Origin: Methanobacteriota archaeon
Lineage (GTDB): Archaea; Thermoplasmatota; Poseidoniia; Poseidoniales; Thalassarchaeaceae
Assembly (NCBI GenBank): GCA_002708695.1
Contig: PAOZ01000019.1
Span: 3,065 to 67,064, forward strand
DNA length: 64,000 bases
Reading direction: 5' to 3'
Shown: positions 28,980-39,612 of the stretch, piece after piece
Layout: each line of letters opens with the position of its first letter
Position numbering within the stretch: position 1 is the stretch's first letter
The notes under the pieces: generated by a model
Database searches by the model: none
What the model was told of the DNA's origin: nothing
What the model saw: only the letters and a program-made list of their open reading frames with translations
Position numbers and translations under genes: made by a program

Positions 28980-29117
28980 CAACGGCCCATCACAATCCAA
29001 ATATAAACAATTCACACAAATTCACATTTCAAAAATGGATTTTAGAGAGATTTTCTTACTTGCCGAATATACAAGTGATTGACTGATTCGCAGTAAAGAA
29101 AATATGAATAACAGACA

Positions 29118-29152
29118 TTAACGCATTTTAACGGTTAAAAATAATGCGTTAA
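29118..29152. promoter_or_regulatory. Nested inverted repeat in divergent intergenic region, candidate operator
   Basis: TTAACGCATT (29118-27)/AATGCGTTAA (29143-52) perfect arms; inner TTTTAAC-G-GTTAAAA. Confidence 0.5.
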
Positions 29153-29259
29153 ACGCGTGAATTAGAGGATTATCCAAGCGCAAAACGAGGAAAATTACCA
29201 TTTTGGACAACAAGGGACATATCCAAGACATTCCACGCAATGGATAACGGGGCAGACAC

Positions 29260-30549
29260 ATGGATAGTCGAATTAGTGGATTCTACTCGCTTTCAATGGA
29301 TGAAAGGCACGAAGCAATAGCTAATGCGCTCTCTCTAAGCCCAGAACATTTTCACCCTTGGATTAACCCTCAATCGCTTGACCAAGAGACTGCAAACAGA
29401 ATGATTGAGAATGTAGTTGGACAATTATCGCTCCCCGTAGGCATTGCAATGAACTTCTTAATCGATGGAGAATCAAAATTCATCCCATTTTGTGTCGAAG
29501 AGTCAAGTATTGTTGCCGCCGCCAGTAATATCGCCAAACGGGCCTTCAAATGTGGAGGATTTACAACAAATGTTGACCCCCCTCTGATGATTGGACAATT
29601 GCAAATATTGGATGTAAAAAACATTGATAATGCGATAAAAGTGATTGAAGAGAATAAGAAAGAATTGATTGAGAAATGTAACGACATAGAATCTACTATG
29701 ATTCGCTTAGGCGGTGGTTGTAAAGACATTGAGTGCAAAATTTTGGAAACCGAATCAGAAAAAATGTTGATCGTTCACTTAATTGTAGATACTAGAGATG
29801 CAATGGGAGCGAATGCAGTGAATACAATGGCAGAAAGGGCTGCTCCTTGGCTAGAGAACCTCACAGGAGGTAGAATTTTACTTAGGATTCTTTCTAATTT
29901 AGCAACTAAAAGGCTTGCTAGGGCCTCTGTGAAACTATCGCCTGAAGCAATTTCATCAAAAGGAGAGCCTTCAGAGGGGGCTCAAATAATCAATGATATC
30001 ATCCTTGCATATGAATTCGCAGATGCTGACCCATGGAGAGCAGCAACGCATAACAAAGGAATAATGAATGCGATTTCTCCAATAGGATTAGCATGTGGAC
30101 AAGATTGGAGAGCAATAGAAGCGGGAGCCCATGCTTATGCCTCAATTACTGGAAGATATCGCTCTATGACTCGTTGGTGGATAGATGAACAAGGATGGAT
30201 AAATGGAACAATCGAGATACCACTCGCTGTAGGAACAGTAGGGGGTGCTTCGAAGATTCATCCTGTAGCCAAATTAAACCTAGAACTAACAAAAACAAAC
30301 AGTGCCCAAGAATTAGCAGGAGTGATGGCCTGTGCAGGACTCGCACAAAACCTTGGAGCAATGAGGGCTCTGGCTACCAAGGGAATTCAAGAAGGGCACA
30401 TGAGGCTACACTTACGAAATATGGTAATGTCGGCAGGAGCAACACCTGATGAAGTAGATGAGGTAGCAAACGCTGTACGATTAGACGGAGGGAACATTAC
30501 CCAATCACTCGTAGATTCAAAATTGAAGGAATTTCGCAATCAATCTTGA
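29260..30549 (+). CDS. mvaA: Class II (bacterial-type) HMG-CoA reductase
   Basis: MIENVVG, EESSIVAA, DAMGAN, THNKGIMN, GIQEGHM. Confidence 0.95.
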   Translation: MDSRISGFYSLSMDERHEAIANALSLSPEHFHPWINPQSLDQETANRMIENVVGQLSLPVGIAMNFLIDGESKFIPFCVEESSIVAAASNIAKRAFKCGGFTTNVDPPLMIGQLQILDVKNIDNAIKVIEENKKELIEKCNDIESTMIRLGGGCKDIECKILETESEKMLIVHLIVDTRDAMGANAVNTMAERAAPWLENLTGGRILLRILSNLATKRLARASVKLSPEAISSKGEPSEGAQIINDIILAYEFADADPWRAATHNKGIMNAISPIGLACGQDWRAIEAGAHAYASITGRYRSMTRWWIDEQGWINGTIEIPLAVGTVGGASKIHPVAKLNLELTKTNSAQELAGVMACAGLAQNLGAMRALATKGIQEGHMRLHLRNMVMSAGATPDEVDEVANAVRLDGGNITQSLVDSKLKEFRNQS

Positions 30550-31166
30550 CCTTCTATGTCTTCTTCGGTCCCATCAGAGTCAGGAATTACGTCCATATCA
30601 CCTACTTGAGGATCCAACTCACGGATAGAATCAACCAATGCCTGAGAAGAAATTCCATTTTCTTGAGCCTGTTGCCTAAACCATTCTTTGACTTTCTTTG
30701 GCTCAGTATGTGGGCATTGGAAACGTTCGGCAAAATATCGAGTAGTTTGCAAACGTCGTGAATTCCCTTTTCTACGCCTATCAACTAAACCTAATCGCGC
30801 TAAAGAACGTACGTAATCATATGCAATCGGACCCATCATGCTAACTAAATCACTCTGCATCATAGGTTGATGATAAGCAATCAAGGCAGCAGCGCGTTGT
30901 AATCTCTCAGGTATATCTCCCCTTAATTCAGAAGGCAAATAGGGAGAAAGACGAGGGTCTACTTCCATAGACCATCTGCCACCAACTTCCACTATCTGAA
31001 GAGCATTTCCTCTTCTACGCCTATATTGACCTCTTAGAGAATCAAGAGCTTGGGTTACTTCTTCTTCACTAATGGATGATTGAGATGCTAATTCTGAGCA
31101 ACTTAAAGACCTACCTGAGCAAAATAGTAAGGCTTCTACAATTGCATCAACTCCTGGTTCACTCAT
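30540..31166 (-). CDS. scpB: Segregation and condensation protein B
   Basis: VEALLF, AALIAYHQP, TTRYFAERF; downstream of scpA. Confidence 0.92.
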   Translation of the reverse strand: MSEPGVDAIVEALLFCSGRSLSCSELASQSSISEEEVTQALDSLRGQYRRRRGNALQIVEVGGRWSMEVDPRLSPYLPSELRGDIPERLQRAAALIAYHQPMMQSDLVSMMGPIAYDYVRSLARLGLVDRRRKGNSRRLQTTRYFAERFQCPHTEPKKVKEWFRQQAQENGISSQALVDSIRELDPQVGDMDVIPDSDGTEEDIEGQD

Positions 31167-32173
31167 ACTTCCACCTCCACTAACGAAATTCCACGTTCTT
31201 CAGCAATCTTGTTTAGAGCATCCTCATATGAATTGGAAGATGGCCACCTATCTTTGATGAAAATCCTGCCCTCTGATGCCTTTCCCATTTGCCAAATTTC
31301 AGCGAACCCCCTGTGGGTAAGGAAAAGAGATGCAACAAAACCGGAAATTTCACCTTCAATACTTGCTTCATTATCAGTAGCTCCTTCTTCGATGGCTAAT
31401 GCCATCAAATGCTCTCTAATTGACTGTAATTCAACTGGTGCACCATTCCTACCTAAATCTCTCATTGCAGACCAGCAACGTCGAATATCGTCCTCAAGAT
31501 TCTCCCTATGTATCCTTGAAGAAACATTAGCCATTGCCTCTGCAACTTCAGCTTGATGACGAACTCTTGCTTGTTCACGAAGTTGCCTTTCTCTAGCATC
31601 CTCATGGGCACCTTTCAATGAAAATAGCATTTCAGTGAGAGTAATGGGCCTTGATTCGGTAGTTCTACGAATGCGACCTTCGAAGAGATTTGGCAAAGCA
31701 TCTTTTGCTTGCCCAGTGAGCACATTTACCGAAAAAGAATATTCATCATCACTCAGTTCACTTTCCCAACCTATATCCATAGTCCAATCATCTTCAAGTA
31801 ATTCTTCTTCCCAACGTTCATGACGTTCAATGAGAGTAAATGTTTGAGCATGTAAAATTGACCATGCCATTCTAATCAGTCTTCCACAACTAGGCAAATC
31901 GATATTTTCTGCAGTCTTTATCCTCTCACTGAATAAATCAATAAAAGTAGAAAGATCGACGTCCCATGGATCAAGAGATTCTGTTTGGAAAAGTTGGAAA
32001 ACAAGTGCAATTGACCTATCAATTGGATCAACCAACATCTGGTGCTCTCCATTTTCCATTTCTGCGATTTCCACTAATCGGTCAATGAACGGAGAAACTG
32101 ATTCTTCTTCTTCTTCTCCGAGCAAGCGATTTACAATATCAGAACGAAGGTGGTGTGAATCTAAAATATTCAT
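31163..32173 (-). CDS. scpA: Kleisin, segregation and condensation protein A
   Basis: LDPWDVDL, RPITLTEM, FVASLFL; follows smc. Confidence 0.88.
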   Translation of the reverse strand: MNILDSHHLRSDIVNRLLGEEEEESVSPFIDRLVEIAEMENGEHQMLVDPIDRSIALVFQLFQTESLDPWDVDLSTFIDLFSERIKTAENIDLPSCGRLIRMAWSILHAQTFTLIERHERWEEELLEDDWTMDIGWESELSDDEYSFSVNVLTGQAKDALPNLFEGRIRRTTESRPITLTEMLFSLKGAHEDARERQLREQARVRHQAEVAEAMANVSSRIHRENLEDDIRRCWSAMRDLGRNGAPVELQSIREHLMALAIEEGATDNEASIEGEISGFVASLFLTHRGFAEIWQMGKASEGRIFIKDRWPSSNSYEDALNKIAEERGISLVEVEV

Positions 32174-32183
32174 TCAATACACC

Positions 32184-35100
32184 TCACTCCTTGAGCAAAT
32201 GCTCATCTTGGGCATTTTGATCAGGAGATTCAACAACTTCTTGAGCGGCTTCTGCCTCTTCAAGACGATTTTCCCAATCTAATTTTTCATCCAAATCCTC
32301 TTTGGTATCTGCAGCCCTATCACCCAACAAAGCCAATGTAGATGCATCTACATCATCTGATTCTTCTTCTCGAATTCCTCCAAGACTCTCAGGATTTGGC
32401 AATGGTTCTGGGACCATTGGACGATTCTGAGGATTTGGCAATTCTTCCATGTTTCCTTTTTCTTCTGCCGCCTTCCTTTGTGCTTCTAATTCTGCTTCAG
32501 CAGCTTCTCCCATCTCAACTGCAGCATCTCTGTCGAAATTCATTATCAATCGACTACAACCATCACCGCCGTGAGTTACTCCGATATGGTGATCTGCCAT
32601 CTGGAGGCTGACCTTGCGCAATGTGACCATGATAAATTGTGCTCGACCACTTCTTAGTCGACATAACTTAGCAATACTTTCAGCATTAAACGAATCTAAG
32701 TTTTGATCAACTTCATCGAAATAATAGAAGGGTGAAGGTTCAAAATCTTGAATTGCAAAAATTAGGGCCAAAGCAGCCATTGATTTTTCACCGCCTGAAA
32801 GGAGATTTAGACGGGTTTTATTGCTCTTACCAGGGGGTTTTGCCCACATTTCCAACCCTCCAGAGAATGGGTTGTCTGGGTTTTCTAGTCTCAAATCTCC
32901 CTTTCCACCAGGTTGGAGAAGTTGGTATACTCTTGAGAAATTTTTTGCTACTTGAGTAAGTACTTCTGTCAGCCTTAGACGACGTTCAGACTCAAGTTGT
33001 TCTGCTATATCGATTAAACGAGTACGCCTATCTCTTAGACTGGAAGCGTCCTTACGAAGTTGTTCAACTCTTGATGCGGCTTCATCATACTGCTCGATTG
33101 CAAGTTGATTCACATTTCCAATTTGGCTTATCCTACGCTCTAAACCCCGAACCTTTGACTCAATTTGAGTAAATGCTGGAATGCTATCTCCCTCTTCTGG
33201 TATTGAAATATTCATGTCCGACATTTCTGTGGCTAATTCTCGGAGTACAGCATGTTTCCTATCTATTTCAGAATTTAATTCAGTAATTCTTGCCATCATT
33301 GTTATTCGTTTAGAATTCATTGATTCAAGATTTGCACGCAATGTTGCTCTTTCTTCTACAAATTCCATTCGTTGTTCATCTAATTCCTTCTGTTCTTCAC
33401 TAACTTGAGAATGTATCTCTCGTAGTCCTTCAAGTTCTTCACCCCATTCTCCTCTCTTGGATTCCAATTCGATGATTTGAGTTTCATTTTCTTGGGCCAA
33501 TGAACGGGCTTCTTGTTCCCTCTGTACTAATTTCTCAACTTCTCCTTGAATAATACTGAGACGTTCATTACTAGTGGCCAAAGCAGATTCAGCTTGAATT
33601 GATGCTCTAGATGCTTCTGTGAAAGCCTCTTGAGCATCTCTCAAACGTTTAGATAAATGCTCAGGAGTTTGAGAACGCAAGCGTTCCATTAAATTATCTC
33701 GATTAGAAACTGCGGCAAGATGATCTGCTTCTGCTTTAGCAGAGGCAATTTCGCAGTTTTCAACTTCTTTCGCCTTCTTTTTCAATTCTGCTTCAGAATC
33801 ATTCAGTCTCTTCTTTACATCCAATAATCTGGAACGTGCTCGTTCTAAATCTCCCTTTATCTCTCTAGCACGCATTGACCCATCTTCTTGGGTTAACGAA
33901 TTTATTCTAGTTCTGATTTCTTGTTGTGATTGTTGATTCTTCTCTACTGCAGATTGAACTGTCATGTGTAAAATCTCAGCAGAATCAAGAGCAGAAGATG
34001 CTTTTTCAACAATTGACAAACCAAGTGCTTTGCCACCACCAAATGATGCTGAAGGGGCGCGACTAACACCTCCAACCATTGCACCTGATGCTTCAAAGAC
34101 TGTTCCGTCTAATGTCACCATTCTAACTCCTCCCATATTTCCGCGAGCCACGTCCATATTCTGGACAATCAAAGTATCTCGAACTGCAGTTCTAACTGCA
34201 TTTTCAATTTCAGAATCATAATCCAAAAGGTCTGCTGCAAATCCTACAACTCCATTTTGCCTAGATACCATCAATGCACGCCCTCCAGCACGTCGCACCT
34301 GCATTTTGTTGAGTGGCAAGAACACAGCGCGCCCTAAACGTCCTTCCTTTAGGCGACGAATGCACATTGATGCAACTTCATCATCTCGAACGACAATGTG
34401 ATTCATGCCTCCACCTAAAGCATGAGAAAGGGCCAATGAATGCGATTCGTCCTTTGGTACACATAATTCACTTAATGGCCCCATAATGCCTTCAATTTCG
34501 CCAGTATCTCTCATCCCACATATTGCCTTTACAGCCTGTGCTTGATGGGAGGATCGGCCAGATTTCTGTTCCATCTCTTGTCTAACTCGAATTAGTTGAC
34601 GTTCTGCCTCATTTCTTGCATTCTTAGCATCCAATTCTTCCTGACGAAGTGTGACCTCCGCTTTTTGAAGACGAATTAATTCCTGTCCCAATTTTGTACG
34701 TTCTTCGCCGGAATCCATGCCTCCTGATTCCTCTAATTCCATCTCGAGGTCAGACACTTCCATTTCAGCATCCCTATGTTTGTCTTGTAAATCTGCCACT
34801 TGCCCATGCACAATATCTGCGGACTGACGAGCCCTCTCAGTTTCCAAGGTTTGCACTTGAAGGCTATCTGATAATTTTGTAGCCTCATTTACTGCCTTTC
34901 CATAAGCTCGATTCAAATCCATTGTGGCCTTATCGCCTTGCTCCATGGCCTTCCTTGCATCAGATTCGTCGTTTTTTGCTTGCTCGATATCCAACTTAGA
35001 ATTAGTAAGACGAGTCTCTGCATCTTGAATACTTGACAAGTGTTGTTCAATAGATTTCTTCGCTTGACCAATTTCTTTCTCCAACGTTTTGGCTTCCAAT

Positions 35101-36095
35101 AATGACCTTTCAGCAGAATTTTTCAATTCAAGAACTCTGTCTCCTGCTGCTTCAATATCAATCTCAAGGCGGCGAATTCTCTCCAACGTACCTCGTTCAG
35201 ATGAGCCGAGTAAAGCATCCATCTCTTTTTGGATTCTAACTATTTCATCATCCAAAAATTGAACTCTAAGATCGGACTTCTCACAATTATCCTTCAATTC
35301 TTCGGAAGAAGAGATGTAACGTGTTCTTTCTTCTCCTAACATTCGAATCTCTTCAAATTGCGCCCTATGTTTTGATTGCATCAATAACGATTTTGATTCT
35401 TCTAAATCTTGAATCAAATCGCGATATTTTAATGCCTTCTCTCGTTCTTTCTCCAAACTTTCAATCCGCTCAATCTGCTGTTTTTCAAAGACATCAATCA
35501 TTTCTAATTGGGACTCAACTTGCTTCTTCTGGCGATCAGCCTTTCTCAATTCTTCATCGTATTGAGTTACTCCCGCGACATCTTCGAGTACACGCCTTCT
35601 CTCAAGAGGAGTCATTGTAGAAAGACTAGCAACATCTCCTTGGAGAACGATATTATAGCCATCTCCTCGCGCTCCTGCTTCGATTAACAATCTCCTAAAT
35701 TCCGTACTAGATGAAGGACGATCATTCAGCCTGTATGCAGACACAGCTGCCCCCTTTGAATTTAGTTTGACTGCTCTAGTGAAACAAACTTCATCTGCAT
35801 CTACCTTCAAACGTCTTTCTCCAGAATCATTGGCAGGATTATCAAAAATTAGCGTAACTGTACAAAATTTGGCCGGCTTACTCCTACTGCCTCCGTTGAA
35901 AATCAATTCTTTCACATTTTGGGCGCGAAGGGATTTCGTTGAACGGGTACCAAGAACAAATTGAATTGCATCGCCGCTATTTGATTTACCTGAACCATTA
36001 GGGCCAGTGATTGCCGTAAATCCTTCTTCTAAATCTATCACTAGTTCTCCCATGAAAGATTTGAAATTTTCAAGTTCTATTCTTTTCAGATGCAT
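32184..36095 (-). CDS. smc: Chromosome segregation protein SMC
   Basis: NFKSF, GPNGSGKSN, hinge GRAVFLPLN, LSGGEKS, FDEVD, long coiled coils. Confidence 0.97.
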   Translation of the reverse strand: MHLKRIELENFKSFMGELVIDLEEGFTAITGPNGSGKSNSGDAIQFVLGTRSTKSLRAQNVKELIFNGGSRSKPAKFCTVTLIFDNPANDSGERRLKVDADEVCFTRAVKLNSKGAAVSAYRLNDRPSSSTEFRRLLIEAGARGDGYNIVLQGDVASLSTMTPLERRRVLEDVAGVTQYDEELRKADRQKKQVESQLEMIDVFEKQQIERIESLEKEREKALKYRDLIQDLEESKSLLMQSKHRAQFEEIRMLGEERTRYISSSEELKDNCEKSDLRVQFLDDEIVRIQKEMDALLGSSERGTLERIRRLEIDIEAAGDRVLELKNSAERSLLEAKTLEKEIGQAKKSIEQHLSSIQDAETRLTNSKLDIEQAKNDESDARKAMEQGDKATMDLNRAYGKAVNEATKLSDSLQVQTLETERARQSADIVHGQVADLQDKHRDAEMEVSDLEMELEESGGMDSGEERTKLGQELIRLQKAEVTLRQEELDAKNARNEAERQLIRVRQEMEQKSGRSSHQAQAVKAICGMRDTGEIEGIMGPLSELCVPKDESHSLALSHALGGGMNHIVVRDDEVASMCIRRLKEGRLGRAVFLPLNKMQVRRAGGRALMVSRQNGVVGFAADLLDYDSEIENAVRTAVRDTLIVQNMDVARGNMGGVRMVTLDGTVFEASGAMVGGVSRAPSASFGGGKALGLSIVEKASSALDSAEILHMTVQSAVEKNQQSQQEIRTRINSLTQEDGSMRAREIKGDLERARSRLLDVKKRLNDSEAELKKKAKEVENCEIASAKAEADHLAAVSNRDNLMERLRSQTPEHLSKRLRDAQEAFTEASRASIQAESALATSNERLSIIQGEVEKLVQREQEARSLAQENETQIIELESKRGEWGEELEGLREIHSQVSEEQKELDEQRMEFVEERATLRANLESMNSKRITMMARITELNSEIDRKHAVLRELATEMSDMNISIPEEGDSIPAFTQIESKVRGLERRISQIGNVNQLAIEQYDEAASRVEQLRKDASSLRDRRTRLIDIAEQLESERRLRLTEVLTQVAKNFSRVYQLLQPGGKGDLRLENPDNPFSGGLEMWAKPPGKSNKTRLNLLSGGEKSMAALALIFAIQDFEPSPFYYFDEVDQNLDSFNAESIAKLCRLRSGRAQFIMVTLRKVSLQMADHHIGVTHGGDGCSRLIMNFDRDAAVEMGEAAEAELEAQRKAAEEKGNMEELPNPQNRPMVPEPLPNPESLGGIREEESDDVDASTLALLGDRAADTKEDLDEKLDWENRLEEAEAAQEVVESPDQNAQDEHLLKE

Positions 36096-36225
36096 CGCTC
36101 CACCTCGTTAATCCCATCCATAATCGAGCACCTCGATGGCTTACAGCACACCTGAGGACACTTAAATCATCATGGTCAGAGATAGTAATTACATTCGATT
36201 TTACGCGTGGCCCTCAAACGCCGAT

Positions 36226-36969
36226 TCACATCGAACCCGTAGAACCGCATTCTGAACATCCAACCCCACTACAATAATGACATGCCCGTCCAACCTTTTC
36301 TTCGAATTCATCTGAAGAACCCAGTTGAAATACATCTTCTAAAATATCCAAACCCAATATTCGCCTCATTTGTCCAACACTCATATCAGTTCCTTCGAGT
36401 TCCATCTTCCCACGATATCGAACTCTATTCATCGGTGATTGATTAAGAAGTTGAGAATGGTTGGACGATCCTCGTCGAAATAAAACAACTCCAATAACAA
36501 TCAGAAGTATATTTACAATTATTGACGGAATTCCAAATATCATTTTCCATTCTATGCCAGAACCCCCTGGATAAGATACTCCAATGATATCTAGAACACC
36601 AAATACTGCAATTATTGAACCTGCAATCATTGAAGCCCAAGATCGTCGTCTTGATTGACCACGTGAACTCAAACGGATATTTAGTGCCGAAGTCAATCCA
36701 ATAAATGCTAACGTTGCCCCAAGCCCTCCGACTAACAAATCTGAGAGAGCATAATTTCCTAACGGATGTAAACAAGGAGATTGACCAAAAGTCACAAGTT
36801 GAGCCAAAATTTCTGCTTCAGTACAAGAAAAAGTAGCCAAACCAATGAGATCTACTTTCTGATTGTATTCGGCATGATGGGCCCACAATCCAAATTCTAC
36901 ATTGTAAATTACTCCAAAGAAAAGAAAGCAGCCAAATACAGCGAGAACTAATCGAGAAGCCTTAGACAC
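36226..36969 (-). CDS. Four-TM membrane protein with C-terminal zinc-ribbon
   Basis: Four hydrophobic helices; CHYCSGVGCSECGSTG. Confidence 0.6.
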   Translation of the reverse strand: MSKASRLVLAVFGCFLFFGVIYNVEFGLWAHHAEYNQKVDLIGLATFSCTEAEILAQLVTFGQSPCLHPLGNYALSDLLVGGLGATLAFIGLTSALNIRLSSRGQSRRRSWASMIAGSIIAVFGVLDIIGVSYPGGSGIEWKMIFGIPSIIVNILLIVIGVVLFRRGSSNHSQLLNQSPMNRVRYRGKMELEGTDMSVGQMRRILGLDILEDVFQLGSSDEFEEKVGRACHYCSGVGCSECGSTGSM

Positions 36970-37058
36970 AGACCGTCATGTTAAGGATAGGCTATTCACG
37001 CTATCGCAAAAAAAAGGTCTGCAAGAATCTTCATGCCAGAATTCCTGTACGACAGGGC

Positions 37059-38660
37059 ATGGTGCAAACGGCGATGGAGTTTGATGCCGTTGTTATCGGC
37101 TCTGGAATTGCTGGACTTACCATGGCTGTTGGACTTGCAAGAGAAGGCAGAGATGTTGCTTTGGTAACAAAAAAACAACTAGAGGATTCATCCACCAATT
37201 GGGCCCAAGGCGGCATTGCAGGAGTACTAGATACAACAAATGAAGAAGCAATAGAGAAGCATATCCAAGATACCTTAGATGCAGGCGATGGATTATGTGA
37301 CGAAAATGTAGTCAGAAGTGTTGTAAGAGAAGCCGCAAAGAGAATTCAATCTCTAATTAACGAAGGAGTTGATTTCGATCGTTCTTCAGATGGGGCCTTT
37401 GACTTAGTTAAAGAAGGAGGACATCAAGAAAAAAGAATTCTACACGTCAAAGATCGCACAGGCGCAGCAATCGAAAGTACTCTTATCCAACGTTTACATG
37501 AAGAAAATGTCACCATTTTGGAAGGATGGATGGCTGTGGATTTAATCTTGGAAGAACAAAATACCCCTAAAAAGGGGAATAGAGGTGTTTGGTGCTTAGA
37601 TCCGGTAGGAGAAGTACATTCAATTGTATGCAAAGCGTTGATTATTGCAACAGGAGGAGCGGGTAAATTGTGGAGAGAAACCACCAATCCATCAGTTGCT
37701 ACAGGAGATGGAATTGCAATGGCTCATCGTGCTTCAGTAAGAACCACACATTTAGAATTCATACAATTCCACCCCACAGCACTGGCAATTTCCGGAGAAC
37801 AGCCATTTTTAATCACAGAAGCGCTTCGGGGAGCAGGAGCCATTTTGATGACAAAAAAAGAATTAGAACATTTTAGAAAATCAAACAAAAAACCGTCCCA
37901 TTTTTCCTACATGAACAGTATTGATCCAAGAGGATCTTTGGCAACTAGAGATATTGTTGCACGTGCAACAGACCGTGTGCTAAAACAAACGGGAGATAAA
38001 CATGTATTTCTTGTAACAGAACATCTCGAAAAGGATGAACTCAAATCTAAATTTCCTACAATAAGTAAAAGATTGGAAACACATGGATTAGAGCTTGGTC
38101 CTGACCCAATACCAGTTACTCCAGCAGCACATTACATTGTAGGAGGAATTGAAGTCGATCATATGGGGCAATGCAAAACATTTGATGGAGAAATATACAG
38201 TGGACTTTTTGCTATTGGAGAAGTTGCATGCACCGGACTGCATGGTGCTAACCGATTGGCATCAAATAGCCTACTTGAAGCGATAGTAATGACTCATCGT
38301 GCATTATCAAAAGCATTAATTGAAACTGAAAAAGAAAAAAATAATTCAACAAAAGTTCCACTTTGGAGGGCTAATGGTCTTGAACATTTGAAAGAACACG
38401 CCCCGCTAAAAGCAGATCGCGAAGCATTACAAGCCATAATGTCTGACGATGTTGGACTTGTGAGGAGAAATGAACGTCTACAGAGAGCCAAACGAAAAAT
38501 TCTCCATATTACTGAAGAAATAGATCGAATTTGGAGAACTTCAAAACCTACAAGAAAATTAGTCGAATTAAGAAATATGTCAATTGTTTCCTCACTAGTC
38601 ATTGATTCAGCTATTTCAAGAAAAGAAAATGTCGGTTTACACTATAATATAGATCAATAA
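37059..38660 (+). CDS. nadB: L-aspartate oxidase
   Basis: GSGIAG, WAQGGIA, EGGH, QFHPT, TEALRG, HGANRLASNSLLE. Confidence 0.95.
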   Translation: MVQTAMEFDAVVIGSGIAGLTMAVGLAREGRDVALVTKKQLEDSSTNWAQGGIAGVLDTTNEEAIEKHIQDTLDAGDGLCDENVVRSVVREAAKRIQSLINEGVDFDRSSDGAFDLVKEGGHQEKRILHVKDRTGAAIESTLIQRLHEENVTILEGWMAVDLILEEQNTPKKGNRGVWCLDPVGEVHSIVCKALIIATGGAGKLWRETTNPSVATGDGIAMAHRASVRTTHLEFIQFHPTALAISGEQPFLITEALRGAGAILMTKKELEHFRKSNKKPSHFSYMNSIDPRGSLATRDIVARATDRVLKQTGDKHVFLVTEHLEKDELKSKFPTISKRLETHGLELGPDPIPVTPAAHYIVGGIEVDHMGQCKTFDGEIYSGLFAIGEVACTGLHGANRLASNSLLEAIVMTHRALSKALIETEKEKNNSTKVPLWRANGLEHLKEHAPLKADREALQAIMSDDVGLVRRNERLQRAKRKILHITEEIDRIWRTSKPTRKLVELRNMSIVSSLVIDSAISRKENVGLHYNIDQ

Positions 38661-38697
38661 TCAAAAAAGATGCAAAGATGGCTAACAATTCAGAATA

Positions 38698-39612
38698 TTA
38701 CATCGATAATCCACGAACTAAATCCCACAATGTTTGAGTTCTTGGTACTGGAACTCCGTGAATCTCTGCTCTTTCTACAATAGCGCCACAAATCCAATCA
38801 ACTTCAGTTGGAATTCCATTCATCACATCTTGAAGCATGCTACATCTATTCTCGGCAGTAGATATCAATACCTCATTCAAAGAACTCTGCAATTTTTCAA
38901 AATCAATCTGTATTCCTTCAAGTTCTGCCACGGTTGCACCTTCCATCATTACAGAAATTGCTAATTCATTAAGAGGAGATGAAAGTAGAACACCGTTGCG
39001 AACTCCACATATTGCAGAAATTGGATTTATTGCCAAATTTAGAAGTAACTTCTCCCAGATTGAGGGCAATATTTCAGGTGATGAAACCGGAGAAAGATTT
39101 GCGTCATCAAACATCTCAATTAGTCTTTCAAATAATCCAGGTCTTCCCGAAAAATTCTGTTTATCCAAGGGGCCAATGATGATTCTTCCTTCTCCTCCAA
39201 GTTTAATCTCAGCAGGCCCTATTCTGTTAGACCCGTGGGTGATACAAGCACCAATTGTCCTGCCTCTCCCTACAACCGAGGCAACACGATTCAGATGCCC
39301 CAAACCATTCTGAATTGCAATTACAAAACCATCGCTCACGAGATGTTTTTCAGCTATAATTGTCAATTCAGATACAGAATTTTGTTTACAACAAATTATT
39401 GCTATATCCAATGATTGTTGAGAATTAAGAATTGAATATTCGATAGGAGTTAACACATCGATTGATGATTCAGAATGAACAATTATTCCTCTCTCTTGTA
39501 AAGTGGAGAATGACTCTCCTCTTGAGTAGATAAATGGATTATGCCCTGCTTTAATCAACTTGTAAGTAAGTAAAACACCAATTGCTCCTGTACCGAAAAT
39601 ACCGAGCCGCAA
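38698..39612 (-). CDS. panE: 2-dehydropantoate 2-reductase
   Basis: GTGAIG, QNGLG, WEKLLLN..INP, SMLQD..TEVD. Confidence 0.93.
   Translation of the reverse strand: MRLGIFGTGAIGVLLTYKLIKAGHNPFIYSRGESFSTLQERGIIVHSESSIDVLTPIEYSILNSQQSLDIAIICCKQNSVSELTIIAEKHLVSDGFVIAIQNGLGHLNRVASVVGRGRTIGACITHGSNRIGPAEIKLGGEGRIIIGPLDKQNFSGRPGLFERLIEMFDDANLSPVSSPEILPSIWEKLLLNLAINPISAICGVRNGVLLSSPLNELAISVMMEGATVAELEGIQIDFEKLQSSLNEVLISTAENRCSMLQDVMNGIPTEVDWICGAIVERAEIHGVPVPRTQTLWDLVRGLSM

Noticed and set aside
29118-29152. Xer dif site
   Set aside because: Spacer is 15 bp rather than 11-6-11 geometry
30540-36095. Wadjet/Mks defence system
   Set aside because: Canonical hinge-containing Smc-ScpAB, no JetD nuclease
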